Shown here: in pieces, positions 28,468 to 37,009 of the stretch | How positions within the stretch are numbered: position 1 is the stretch's first letter | Layout: each line of letters opens with the position of its first letter | Sequence record: DRR723986_3475 | Direction: 5' to 3' (one strand) | DNA: 64,000 nt | Notes under the pieces: generated by a model | The model's database searches: none | What the model was told of the DNA's origin: nothing | What the model saw: the letters and a program-made list of their open reading frames with translations, nothing else | Program-made: the position numbers and the translations under genes

Positions 28468-29560
28468 AGTTATTATATCAGGAGGCGGCACTGGGGGGCA
28501 TATTTTCCCAGCAATCGCTATAGCGAATAAGATTAAAGAATCAAATCCAGATTGTGAAATATTGTTTGTAGGTGCTGAAGGGAAAATGGAAATGGAGAAA
28601 GTACCAAAAGCGGGATACGAAATTGTTGGGCTACCAATTCGTGGATTGCAACGAAAGTTAACCTTGAAAAATTTAGTTGTTCCATTCAAATTGATTCAGA
28701 GTTTGATGAGATCTAAGAAAATAGTTAAGTCTTTTAAGCCGGATATTGCCATTGGCGTGGGAGGTTATGCGAGCGCTGCGGTAGTTAAAGTGGCTGCGAA
28801 AAAAAAGGTGCCTACTTTATTGCAAGAACAGAACTCATATCCTGGAATAACCAATAAAATTTTAGGTAAAAGAGCAAAAACTATTTGCGTGGCCTATGAT
28901 AATTTAGATCGATTTTTTCCGAAAGAAAAATTGGTAAAAACAGGAAACCCGGTACGTTCAGAGGTTGTTCAGATTGAGGGAAAAAGAGACGCTGCCTTTG
29001 CACATTTTAAGTTAGATCCTTCTAAGAAAACTGCCTTAATTATTGGCGGAAGTCTTGGAGCAAGAACCTTAAATGATAGCCTAAAAGAACATGTTAAAGA
29101 ATTGGTTGCGAAAGATATTCAAGTTATTTGGCAGTGCGGCAAGTTTTATTTAGAGTCATTGAAGCCTTTTGTTCAAGAGCTGAATAGTCCCAATATTTAT
29201 TTATCAGATTTTGTTTATCAAATGGATTTGGCTTATGCGGCTGCAGATGTTATTGTGTCTCGAGCAGGAGCCATGTCGGTTTCAGAGGTTTGTTTAATTG
29301 GTAAGCCTGTGATTTTGGTGCCTTCACCGAATGTGTCAGAAGATCACCAAACCAAGAATGCTATGGCTTTAGTGAACGAAAATGCTGCTGTTTTGGTCAA
29401 AGATGTAGAGGCAAGAACAACCTTAATCCCGACTATGATAGAAATTTTAAACGACCCAAATAAATGCACAGAATTATCTGCCAATATTAAGAAGTTGGGA
29501 ATAGCTGATGCGCCAGATAGAATATTAAAAGAAATTGAAAAACTAGTGAATAAGAGTTGA
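28454..29560 (+). CDS. murG: Lipid II GlcNAc transferase MurG
   Basis: GGGTGGHIFPA, GGYAS, EQNS, GNPVR, GGSLGA, SRAGA. Confidence 0.98.
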   Translation: MPLRKVIISGGGTGGHIFPAIAIANKIKESNPDCEILFVGAEGKMEMEKVPKAGYEIVGLPIRGLQRKLTLKNLVVPFKLIQSLMRSKKIVKSFKPDIAIGVGGYASAAVVKVAAKKKVPTLLQEQNSYPGITNKILGKRAKTICVAYDNLDRFFPKEKLVKTGNPVRSEVVQIEGKRDAAFAHFKLDPSKKTALIIGGSLGARTLNDSLKEHVKELVAKDIQVIWQCGKFYLESLKPFVQELNSPNIYLSDFVYQMDLAYAAADVIVSRAGAMSVSEVCLIGKPVILVPSPNVSEDHQTKNAMALVNENAAVLVKDVEARTTLIPTMIEILNDPNKCTELSANIKKLGIADAPDRILKEIEKLVNKS

Positions 29561-29626
29561 GATATGAGTTTTGAGATATGAGTTGATGGTTCTCTCATCA
29601 CTCATAACTAATCACTCATAACTCTT
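29552..29626. repeat. Inverted heptamer array (TATGAGT/ACTCATA type) between murG and murC
   Basis: gagttga gatatga gttttga gatatga gttgatg ... catcact cataact aatcact cataact; the arms are near reverse complements. Confidence 0.7.
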
Positions 29627-29639
29627 GCGAAGCAAGAAC

Positions 29640-31013
29640 ATGAATTTTAACCAAATAAATACCGTCTATTTTATCGGAATCGGAGGAATCGGAATGTCTG
29701 CTCTTGCACGCTATTTTCATTCAGAAGGAAAGAACGTATCCGGATATGATAAAACTGAAACTGAATTAACTAAAAAGTTGGTTGCTGAGGGCATTGAAGT
29801 TCATTATCACGACAAAGGTTTAGATGTGTTGAACCAATTTTCACATGTCGATACTTTGGTGGTTTATACACCTGCGGTACCTAAAGAATTTGGCGAATTG
29901 GTGGCATTTCAAGAGCATCATTTTACCGTTATGAAAAGGGCAAAAGCTTTAGGGGTAATCTCCGAAGCCTTTGATACGTTCGCAGTAGCAGGCACACATG
30001 GTAAAACGACTACTTCATCTATATTGGCGCATGTATTAAATTCTACAAATGAAAAAGTAAACGCTTTTATAGGTGGGATTTCTTCCAATTACAATTCAAA
30101 TTGTATCATCAATGCAGGGGCTGAAAGAATTGTTGTTGAAGCTGATGAATTTGATCGATCATTTTTAAGTTTAAACCCTAATTACGCCATAATTACTTCT
30201 ATTGATGCTGATCATCTAGATATTTATGGAGATGGTGATCACTTGGTAACTTCATTTAATGATTTTGCAAACTTGATTAAGCCTTACGGGTTTTTGATTA
30301 TCAATTCAAGTATTGATTTGACTCAATTTGAACTCAGTACCAGCTTGAGAATTATCACCTACGGCGTTGAAAATAAATCTGGATGGCAATTGCATGCTTT
30401 GAAGTACGTTGATGGCCAGTTCTTTTTTGATATCATTGGTTTTGGACAGATCTATCGAAATATAGAATTCGGATTGCCCGGACAACACAACGCAGAAAAT
30501 GCTACAGCCGTTTTTGCCTTGTGCATGGAGTTAGGCATTGATGAAAAAATTGTACGAGAGGCATTTGCTTCATTTAAAGGAGTTAAGCGAAGATTTGATT
30601 TCAAAGTACGCAAAGAAGATATTGTTGTTATTGACGATTATGCACATCATCCAACTGAAATTGAAGCCTTCTTAAGGTCAGTTAAAAAATTGTATCCGAC
30701 TAAAAAGATATCCGCAGTTTTTCAACCGCATTTGTTTTCAAGAACAAGGGATTTTATGGATGGATTTGCGGATGCATTATCCGTGGCTGATGAGTTGTTT
30801 TTGTTGCCTATTTATCCTGCTAGAGAATTACCAATTGAAGGCGTTAGTTCAGAAGTTTTGCTGGATAAAATCAATATGTATGAAAAACAAATTTCAACCA
30901 AAGAGCGCATTGTAGAAGATTTACAAGATACGGATAAGGAAGTCATTTGTATTATCGGTGCAGGAGACATTGATACCACTGTAGAACCAATTACTCAATT
31001 TTTTAACTCATGA
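29640..31013 (+). CDS. murC: UDP-MurNAc:L-Ala ligase
   Basis: FIGIGGIGMS, AGTHGKTTT, EADEFDRSF, DDYAHHPTE, FQPHLFSRT. ATG at 29640 preferred. Confidence 0.98.
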   Translation: MNFNQINTVYFIGIGGIGMSALARYFHSEGKNVSGYDKTETELTKKLVAEGIEVHYHDKGLDVLNQFSHVDTLVVYTPAVPKEFGELVAFQEHHFTVMKRAKALGVISEAFDTFAVAGTHGKTTTSSILAHVLNSTNEKVNAFIGGISSNYNSNCIINAGAERIVVEADEFDRSFLSLNPNYAIITSIDADHLDIYGDGDHLVTSFNDFANLIKPYGFLIINSSIDLTQFELSTSLRIITYGVENKSGWQLHALKYVDGQFFFDIIGFGQIYRNIEFGLPGQHNAENATAVFALCMELGIDEKIVREAFASFKGVKRRFDFKVRKEDIVVIDDYAHHPTEIEAFLRSVKKLYPTKKISAVFQPHLFSRTRDFMDGFADALSVADELFLLPIYPARELPIEGVSSEVLLDKINMYEKQISTKERIVEDLQDTDKEVICIIGAGDIDTTVEPITQFFNS

Positions 31014-31798
31014 AACCTTGGTTAAGAAATAGCTTGTGGTTGTTGTTTTTTATAGCAATTGGATGTGTGATGAGTTTTGTGAAAACTTCTCAAAGTGAAC
31101 GCGTTGTCGGAATTCCTGAGATCAGCATCACCATGTATGAAGATATGCTGTTTTTGACTAAAGAGGATATAACGCAAAGATTAATGGATAAACATTTAAT
31201 AGGCGAAGAGAAAACCTATGGCGTAATGGAATTAAAAAAAATTGAGCAATACATTCAAGATATGTCTGAGGTTAAAGCAGCTGAAGCATATACGTATGTG
31301 AGTGGTAAGTGGATGCTAGAAGTTGAATTAAGACAGCCGATTGCACGGATTTTTAATATTGATGGCTCAAGTTGTTATCTGGATAAAGACGGGAAATTAA
31401 TGCCACTTTCATTGAATTATACAGCGCATGTTGTGACGGTAGATGGCAATATCAATGAAACGGATTATGGCAAAAGCGTTGATATGATAATCAACAATGA
31501 CTCATTGATAACTATCGAGATTCTGGATGATTTGTACGAGATTTCAAATTATGTTTGTTCTGATGAGTTCCTCTCATCTCAAATCACTCATATTCATATC
31601 AATGGCTATGACGAATTTGAGTTAATACCGAGAGTGGGCGATCAACGGATCATGTTTGGAGAGGCGGAATACATTCCGGGTAAATTCAAAAAGCTAGAAT
31701 ATTTCTACGCTGACGGGATAAACCGAACGGGTTGGGAGAATTATGATACGATAAATATTATGTACAAGAGCCAGGTTGTGTGCTCGCATAGAGATTGA
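31010..31798 (+). CDS. ftsQ: Cell division protein FtsQ/DivIB
   Basis: N-terminal TM helix, POTRA-like region, RQPIARI, LIPRVG; lies between murC and ftsA. Confidence 0.85.
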   Translation: MKPWLRNSLWLLFFIAIGCVMSFVKTSQSERVVGIPEISITMYEDMLFLTKEDITQRLMDKHLIGEEKTYGVMELKKIEQYIQDMSEVKAAEAYTYVSGKWMLEVELRQPIARIFNIDGSSCYLDKDGKLMPLSLNYTAHVVTVDGNINETDYGKSVDMIINNDSLITIEILDDLYEISNYVCSDEFLSSQITHIHINGYDEFELIPRVGDQRIMFGEAEYIPGKFKKLEYFYADGINRTGWENYDTINIMYKSQVVCSHRD

Positions 31799-31809
31799 TA
31801 AAATGGATG

Positions 31810-31890
31810 TTAGAACCTAGATTCTAGAAGCTAGACCAAGAAGGATGTAATACCTGAGTCTAGATTCTAAATTCTTGATTCTAAAATCTA
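31810..31890. repeat. Inverted TAGAWYC-type heptamer array upstream of ftsA
   Basis: tagaacc tagattc tagaagc tagacca ... tagattc taaattc ttgattc taaaatc. Confidence 0.65.
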
Positions 31891-31905
31891 AAAGAATATA
31901 AAATT

Positions 31906-33183
31906 ATGTCAGAAATAGTTGTTGGACTGGATATAGGAACTACCAAGATTGCATGTATCGTTGGTAGAAAAACTGAGCACGATAAAATCGAGATCTTATC
32001 AATGGGTAAGTTTGAAAGTGTTGGAGTTACAAGAGGGGTTGTTTCTAACATTGAAAAAACTGTGCATTCAATTAAAGCTGCTGTTGAAGAGGCTCAAGAT
32101 AGAGTAGAAGGAGATTTAATTGTTCGAGTAGTGAATGTGGGAATTGCCGGACAGCACATCAGCTCATTGCAGCACAGAGGTATGCTCATGAGAAATGATT
32201 TAGAAACTGAAATTTCTCAATCGGATATTGATGCGCTTGTTGAAGACATGTACAAACTGGTGATGCAGCCGGGTGAAGAAATTATCCATGTGTTACCTCA
32301 AGAGTACATTGTTGATAATGAACAAGGGATAAAAGATCCAATCGGAATGGCTGGAGTGAGACTTGAAGCGAACTTCCACATTATTACAGGACAAATTGCT
32401 GCGGCAAAAAACATTAAAAAATGCGTTGACAAATCTGATTTAGAAGTTGACGAAATGATATTAGAGCCATTGGCTTCATCAGAAGCAGTGCTTTCAGAAG
32501 AAGAAAAAGAAGCTGGTGTAGTGTTGGTTGATATAGGAGGTGGAACAACAGATGTTGCCATTTTCCAAGACGGAATTATTAGACATACTGCTGTAATTCC
32601 TTTTGGTGGAAATGTGATTACTGAAGACATCAAAGAAGGATGTACGATCATGAAACGTCAAGCTGAATTGTTAAAAGTGAAGTTTGGTTCTGCCTTGGCA
32701 TCAGAATGTCAAGAAAATGAGATTGTTTGCATTCCAGGATTAAGAGGACGTGACCCGAAAGAGATTTCAGTGCGCAACTTAGCATCTATCATTCAAGCTA
32801 GAATGGAAGAAATTATTGAGCACGTTTATTACGAAATTAAGAACTCTGGATTTGAGAAGAAATTGATCGGAGGAATTGTGGTGACTGGTGGTGGTGCACA
32901 ACTAAAGCACATTACGCAGTTATTTGAATACATCACTGGTATGGATGCGAGAATCGGATATCCGAACGAACATTTAGCACCGTCAACATTAGTAGATAAT
33001 ATTACAAGCCCAATGTATGCGACAGGTATTGGACTAGTGATTAAAGGATTCACACAAAGTTATAGCAATGAAGAAGCTGAGTCAAACGTGGCTGCAGCAA
33101 AAAACCACTCTACAAAAACTAAAGGAAGCTTTTTTGACAAGATTCTGAATAAAAGTAGAGCATGGTTTGAGGAGGAGGATTGA
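31906..33183 (+). CDS. ftsA: Cell division protein FtsA
   Basis: GLDIGTTKI, DIGGGTTD, PFGGNVIT, TGGGAQL. Confidence 0.98.
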   Translation: MSEIVVGLDIGTTKIACIVGRKTEHDKIEILSMGKFESVGVTRGVVSNIEKTVHSIKAAVEEAQDRVEGDLIVRVVNVGIAGQHISSLQHRGMLMRNDLETEISQSDIDALVEDMYKLVMQPGEEIIHVLPQEYIVDNEQGIKDPIGMAGVRLEANFHIITGQIAAAKNIKKCVDKSDLEVDEMILEPLASSEAVLSEEEKEAGVVLVDIGGGTTDVAIFQDGIIRHTAVIPFGGNVITEDIKEGCTIMKRQAELLKVKFGSALASECQENEIVCIPGLRGRDPKEISVRNLASIIQARMEEIIEHVYYEIKNSGFEKKLIGGIVVTGGGAQLKHITQLFEYITGMDARIGYPNEHLAPSTLVDNITSPMYATGIGLVIKGFTQSYSNEEAESNVAAAKNHSTKTKGSFFDKILNKSRAWFEEED

Positions 33184-33184
33184 T

Positions 33185-33342
33185 CCTGACTTTGTCAGGA
33201 GAGTCTAGATTCTAGAGTATAGAACCTAGATTAGGATAGTGACTGAAATATAGGATTAAGTTTTAAAAAAAGTAAAAAGCTGAGAAAAAGAGTTTGAATT
33301 AGAATCAAGAGCAATCCAAATTCTAGACTCTAAATTCTCAAA
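33185..33342. repeat. Short palindrome plus heptamer arrays between ftsA and ftsZ
   Basis: TCCTGAC-TTT-GTCAGGA, then tagattc tagagta tagaacc tagatta ... gaattagaatcaagag ... caaattc tagactc taaattc. Confidence 0.6.
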
Positions 33343-33524
33343 AAAAAATATAGATGAAACAAAACGTTCAAGGATTACTAGACATATTATCAAGTATTGA
33401 GCAACATCATCTTAAACAAACAACAAAACAAGAAACTGGGAAGTTATTTTGTGAAGAAACTTTAGCATTAAACACTGAAACTAAAGTTGAAATTCAAAAT
33501 GACATTCCTGCAAAACCAAAAATT

Positions 33525-35135
33525 ATGGAATTCGATTTACCAAAAGATTCATCTTCAATTATCAAGGTAATTGGAATTGGAGGAGGAGGCGGAAACGCAG
33601 TGAACCACATGTTTAATCAAGGTATTAAAGGTGTTGACTTTGTGATTTGTAATACAGATCAACAAGCACTAGACATTTCACCAGTGCCAATTAAAATTCA
33701 ACTAGGTCAAAGCTTAACTGAAGGAAGAGGAGCGGGAGCAATTCCTGAAATTGGTAAAAGTGCGGCTATTGAAAACATAGAAGATATCAAGTCTATCCTT
33801 GCGAAGAATACGAAGATGGTGTTCATTACTGCAGGTATGGGAGGTGGTACCGGAACGGGTGCAGCTCCTGTAATTGCTAGAGTAGCAAAAGAATTGGATA
33901 TCTTGACTGTAGGTATTGTAACAGTGCCCTTTGGTTTTGAAGGAAAGAAAAGAAAGATTCAAGCTGAAGAAGGACTAGAAGAATTGAGAAATTCTGTTGA
34001 CACCTTGTTGATCATCAACAATGATAGATTAAGAGAGATGTTCGGAAACCTTTCTTTAGGAAACGCATTTTCAAAAGCTGATGATGTTTTAGCAACTGCC
34101 GCAAAAGGTATTGCTGAAGTAATTTCAGTAACGGGAATGATTAACGTGGATTTCAATGACGTCAGCACTGTTATGAAAGATTCAGGTGTTGCCATTATGG
34201 GATCTGCTGTTGCATCTGGAGAAAACAGAGCAATGGAAGCTGTTAAAACGGCATTAGAATCACCACTATTGAACGATAACGATATTAGCGGTGCGAAATA
34301 CGTGTTGTTGAACATCACTTACGGTAACCAAGAGATTTTAATGGATGAAATAGGTGAGATTACTGATTACATTCAAGATGAGGCAGGTTCTACTGCTGAT
34401 GTAATTTGGGGTCACGGTTATGATGAGTCATTAGAAGACGGAATTTGCATTACATTAATTGCAACTGGATTCAGTTCATCTCCAATCACCGGGTTTGAAA
34501 AAGCTCCAGAGAAAAAGGTGGTAAGTTTAGATGATGAGTCTGTACCTACCATGATTTCTCAACCAATTACAACTCCGATAGCATCTCCAGTTGAAAAAAA
34601 TACTTGGGAGAATAAAACAGAAGAGAACAAAACTTGGAAAGAAGAAGAAACTACTGAGGAAGAGCCATTCTTAATGATTAAGGATGAAGAAGAGACTGAG
34701 GCTCAAACAGAGTTGAACTGGGAGCTAAAATCCGAAACTACTGAAGCTGAAAAGCAAACAGAAATTTGGAATAAAGAAGAAAAAGAAGAGGAAGAAGTAA
34801 TCAAGCATTACTTGACGGACGATTTAGAAGAGAAAGTTGAAATGACTGAAGCTCAACCTAAAACAGTATTGTCTCCAGAAGAACAAGCTGCAAGGGCTAA
34901 AGAAAGACTAGATAGAATTCAATCTTACACATCAAAATTAAAGTCTTCTGAAGGGATAACGGATCTTGAAAAAGAGCCAGCATATAAAAGAAAGAAGATT
35001 GAATTAGATGATGTACCTCATTCATCTGAAGAGAGCATGAGCAAGTTTACCTTATCTGAAAATACAGATAGTAACGGGCAAACTAAGATTGAACTTAAAG
35101 AGAATAACTCGTTCCTACACGATAACGTAGATTAA
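33525..35135 (+). CDS. ftsZ: Cell division GTPase FtsZ
   Basis: IKVIGIGGGGGNAVN, tubulin signature GMGGGTGTG, NVDFND, acidic linker, NNSFLHDNVD tail. Start at 33525 (MEFDLPK) or at the in-frame 33354. Confidence 0.98.
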   Translation: MEFDLPKDSSSIIKVIGIGGGGGNAVNHMFNQGIKGVDFVICNTDQQALDISPVPIKIQLGQSLTEGRGAGAIPEIGKSAAIENIEDIKSILAKNTKMVFITAGMGGGTGTGAAPVIARVAKELDILTVGIVTVPFGFEGKKRKIQAEEGLEELRNSVDTLLIINNDRLREMFGNLSLGNAFSKADDVLATAAKGIAEVISVTGMINVDFNDVSTVMKDSGVAIMGSAVASGENRAMEAVKTALESPLLNDNDISGAKYVLLNITYGNQEILMDEIGEITDYIQDEAGSTADVIWGHGYDESLEDGICITLIATGFSSSPITGFEKAPEKKVVSLDDESVPTMISQPITTPIASPVEKNTWENKTEENKTWKEEETTEEEPFLMIKDEEETEAQTELNWELKSETTEAEKQTEIWNKEEKEEEEVIKHYLTDDLEEKVEMTEAQPKTVLSPEEQAARAKERLDRIQSYTSKLKSSEGITDLEKEPAYKRKKIELDDVPHSSEESMSKFTLSENTDSNGQTKIELKENNSFLHDNVD

Positions 35136-35156
35136 TTCTGATTTTTTAAAATTTAG

Positions 35157-35190
35157 AACCCCATCTGTTTTCCTGCGGATGGGGTTTTTT
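35157..35190 (+). terminator. Intrinsic terminator after ftsZ
   Basis: AACCCCATCTG / CGGATGGGGTT stem followed by a T-run. Confidence 0.8.
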
Positions 35191-35193
35191 AAT

Positions 35194-35676
35194 ATGAACA
35201 AGATGTACAATTATGCCGGTTTGAGTGTAAGGATAAAAGCTCTTTTCGCAGATGCTTTTTTCTTATGTGTAATGATGTTTGTTTTTTCAGCAATTTTTGA
35301 AAGTATGGAGGACGTTCCTGATACGTATCGAAAAGCTGCGTTTATCTCTCTTTTTATAGTGTATGAGCCATTAATGGTCAGTTTGTTCGGAGCGACAATA
35401 GGTCAGTTTATTTGTAAGCTAAGGGTTAGAAAAGAATCTAATCATGCTAAGAAAATAAATATTTTAGCCGCCGTATTACGATTTGCGGTAAAAGCTTTTC
35501 TTGGTGTTTTTTCTTTATTCACAATTAGCACATCAGAAAGATCGCGAGCCATACATGATTCTGCTTCTATGTCAGTTGTATTGGATTTAAATGAGCCTTT
35601 AAAACCGAATTCAATTGAGAAAGATACTGATCAAAAAGAATTTGATAATGATGAATTATTAGATGCTAAGGTTTAG
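35194..35676 (+). CDS. RDD-family membrane protein
   Basis: YAGLSVRIKALFAD, GATIGQFICKLRV, RAIHD. The track's ATG at 35179 lies inside the terminator stem, so 35194 is preferred. Confidence 0.85.
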   Translation: MNKMYNYAGLSVRIKALFADAFFLCVMMFVFSAIFESMEDVPDTYRKAAFISLFIVYEPLMVSLFGATIGQFICKLRVRKESNHAKKINILAAVLRFAVKAFLGVFSLFTISTSERSRAIHDSASMSVVLDLNEPLKPNSIEKDTDQKEFDNDELLDAKV

Positions 35677-35680
35677 CAAA

Positions 35681-35822
35681 GGGACCTGCCTGCCGGCAGG
35701 CAGTTTGTAGCTTTGTTTGAGCTCTTTTGGTCAGTTCGAGTTGAGCTCGATTAAAATCGGGTGAAGTTTCGAGAACCAAAAAGCGAGTGCGGAAAGCCCG
35801 ACCGCCATTAGCGGGTTGTTCC
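35681..35822 (+). ncRNA. Flavo-1-like structured repeat RNA with nested palindromic/REP-like insertions
   Basis: GCTTTGTTTGAGCTCTTTT ... AAAAAGCGAGTGCGGAAAGCCCGAC frame with nested pairing; perfect 18-nt palindrome at 35686-35703. The family name is from memory and was not searched. Confidence 0.5.
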
Positions 35823-35864
35823 AAAAAAACCAATAATGATTAACTTAGTAAGAAAATTGAAAAC

Positions 35865-36311
35865 ATGACATTGACCGAAAGAATCAATAATGATATAAAA
35901 GAGGCTATGAAAGCTAAGGAGGCAGACAAGTTAGCTGCCTTGAGAGATGTAAAATCAAAGTTGCTGTTAGAAGCAACGAGTGGCGGAGGTGAAGTCACTG
36001 AAGAGGCAGCGAACAAGGTGGTGATGAAATTGTATAAGCAACGCATGGATACTTACGATTTATATATCAAAGAAGGTCGTGAAGATTTAGCCAAAGACGA
36101 AAAATTTCAAGCTGAAGTGATTGCGGCTTACATGCCAGAGATGATGTCAGAAGATGATATTAGAAAAGTTGTGCTGGACAAAATTGCAGCTCTTGGCGCT
36201 TCAGGACCACAGGATATCGGAAAAGTGATGGGCCCAATTATGGGACAATTGAATGGGAAGGCAGATGGGTCAGTAATTTCATCAATTGTGAAAGAAGAGT
36301 TGAGTAAATAA
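35865..36311 (+). CDS. yqeY: GatB/YqeY domain protein
   Basis: DIKEAMKAK, LRDVKS, GREDLA, YMPEMMSEDDI, DIGKVMG, GKADG; usual ftsZ neighbour in Bacteroidota. Confidence 0.9.
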   Translation: MTLTERINNDIKEAMKAKEADKLAALRDVKSKLLLEATSGGGEVTEEAANKVVMKLYKQRMDTYDLYIKEGREDLAKDEKFQAEVIAAYMPEMMSEDDIRKVVLDKIAALGASGPQDIGKVMGPIMGQLNGKADGSVISSIVKEELSK

Positions 36312-36320
36312 AATGAGGCT

Positions 36321-36372
36321 TGTTCGAGTGATTCTTTCTCGACACAGACTATAAAGAATTGTATCGAGAACA
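36321..36372. repeat. REP-like hairpin (GTTCGAGT...TCGAGAAC family)
   Basis: TGTTCGAGTGATTCTTT ... AAAGAATTGTATCGAGAACA; shares its ends with 35734-35776. Confidence 0.6.
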
Positions 36373-36396
36373 CACCGACTAGTTCTATTAAAAAAC

Positions 36397-36434
36397 AAAA
36401 GCGGTCAACCCTCATGGGGAAGACCGCTTTTTTT
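36397..36434. terminator. Bidirectional intrinsic terminator
   Basis: AAAAGCGGTC..CCC-TCAT-GGG..GACCGCTTTTTTT between convergent genes. Confidence 0.8.
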
Positions 36435-36450
36435 GAACCTCAATTATCTA

Positions 36451-36900
36451 CTAAAATAGACCCTTAAGCTTTTTACCGATATCTCCATCAGTCAGGTTTT
36501 TCATCAAGTCTCCACCAGAGAACATGCTCATTAAACCCTTTCCGTCTTCATCACCTTTTTCTTTTGCTGCGTTTGTAGCTCCACCTAAGAATTTAGACAT
36601 GATTTCACCTTTGATTTTATCAATGATACCTGGCTCCATGTTTGATTTGTTCTTTAAGTTATAAGCCAAATCGCCCTCTAATTTCTTCTGAATTAAGTTA
36701 GCCTCCTCATCATTCTCTTTCGTAGCAAATAATTTTTGTACCATTCCTTCATTACCACGATTTTTTTCTTTCGTAGCACGGTAATTAACGGCATCAACGG
36801 CTTGTTTTTGAACTTCTTCTTTTTCTTTATCTCCTAAGTTGAACTTGCTAAGAATATCTCCTAAGTCCACTTTTTTCATAATATCATCTAATCCAAACAT
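36451..36900 (-). CDS. Hypothetical Lys/Gly/Met-rich helical protein
   Basis: Open frame. ATG at 36900 (MFGLDDIMKK) preferred because the track's TTG at 36924 lies in the TATATTTG -7 box at 36929-36922. Confidence 0.7.
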   Translation of the reverse strand: MFGLDDIMKKVDLGDILSKFNLGDKEKEEVQKQAVDAVNYRATKEKNRGNEGMVQKLFATKENDEEANLIQKKLEGDLAYNLKNKSNMEPGIIDKIKGEIMSKFLGGATNAAKEKGDEDGKGLMSMFSGGDLMKNLTDGDIGKKLKGLF

Positions 36901-37009
36901 GTATTTAATTTTTGTTTGGGACAAATATATGGTGCGACTATGGATGGTTAATCTGGAATTAGATGAGCTGTAAGAATTTATCGGTGGGAGGTGAAACTAG
37001 CAACCTAAA

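Noticed and set aside
29552..33342. CRISPR array or tRNA in the repeat-rich dcw spacers
   Set aside because: Units are degenerate 7-mers without unique spacers, no cas genes are present and no cloverleaf is evident.
34500..35135. Long acidic, partly repetitive FtsZ C-terminal region as a novel domain
   Set aside because: Long disordered linkers ending in NNSFLHDNVD are normal for Bacteroidota FtsZ.
19229..35135. Absence of murF, murB and ddl from the dcw cluster
   Set aside because: This is the usual arrangement in Bacteroidota, where those genes lie elsewhere.
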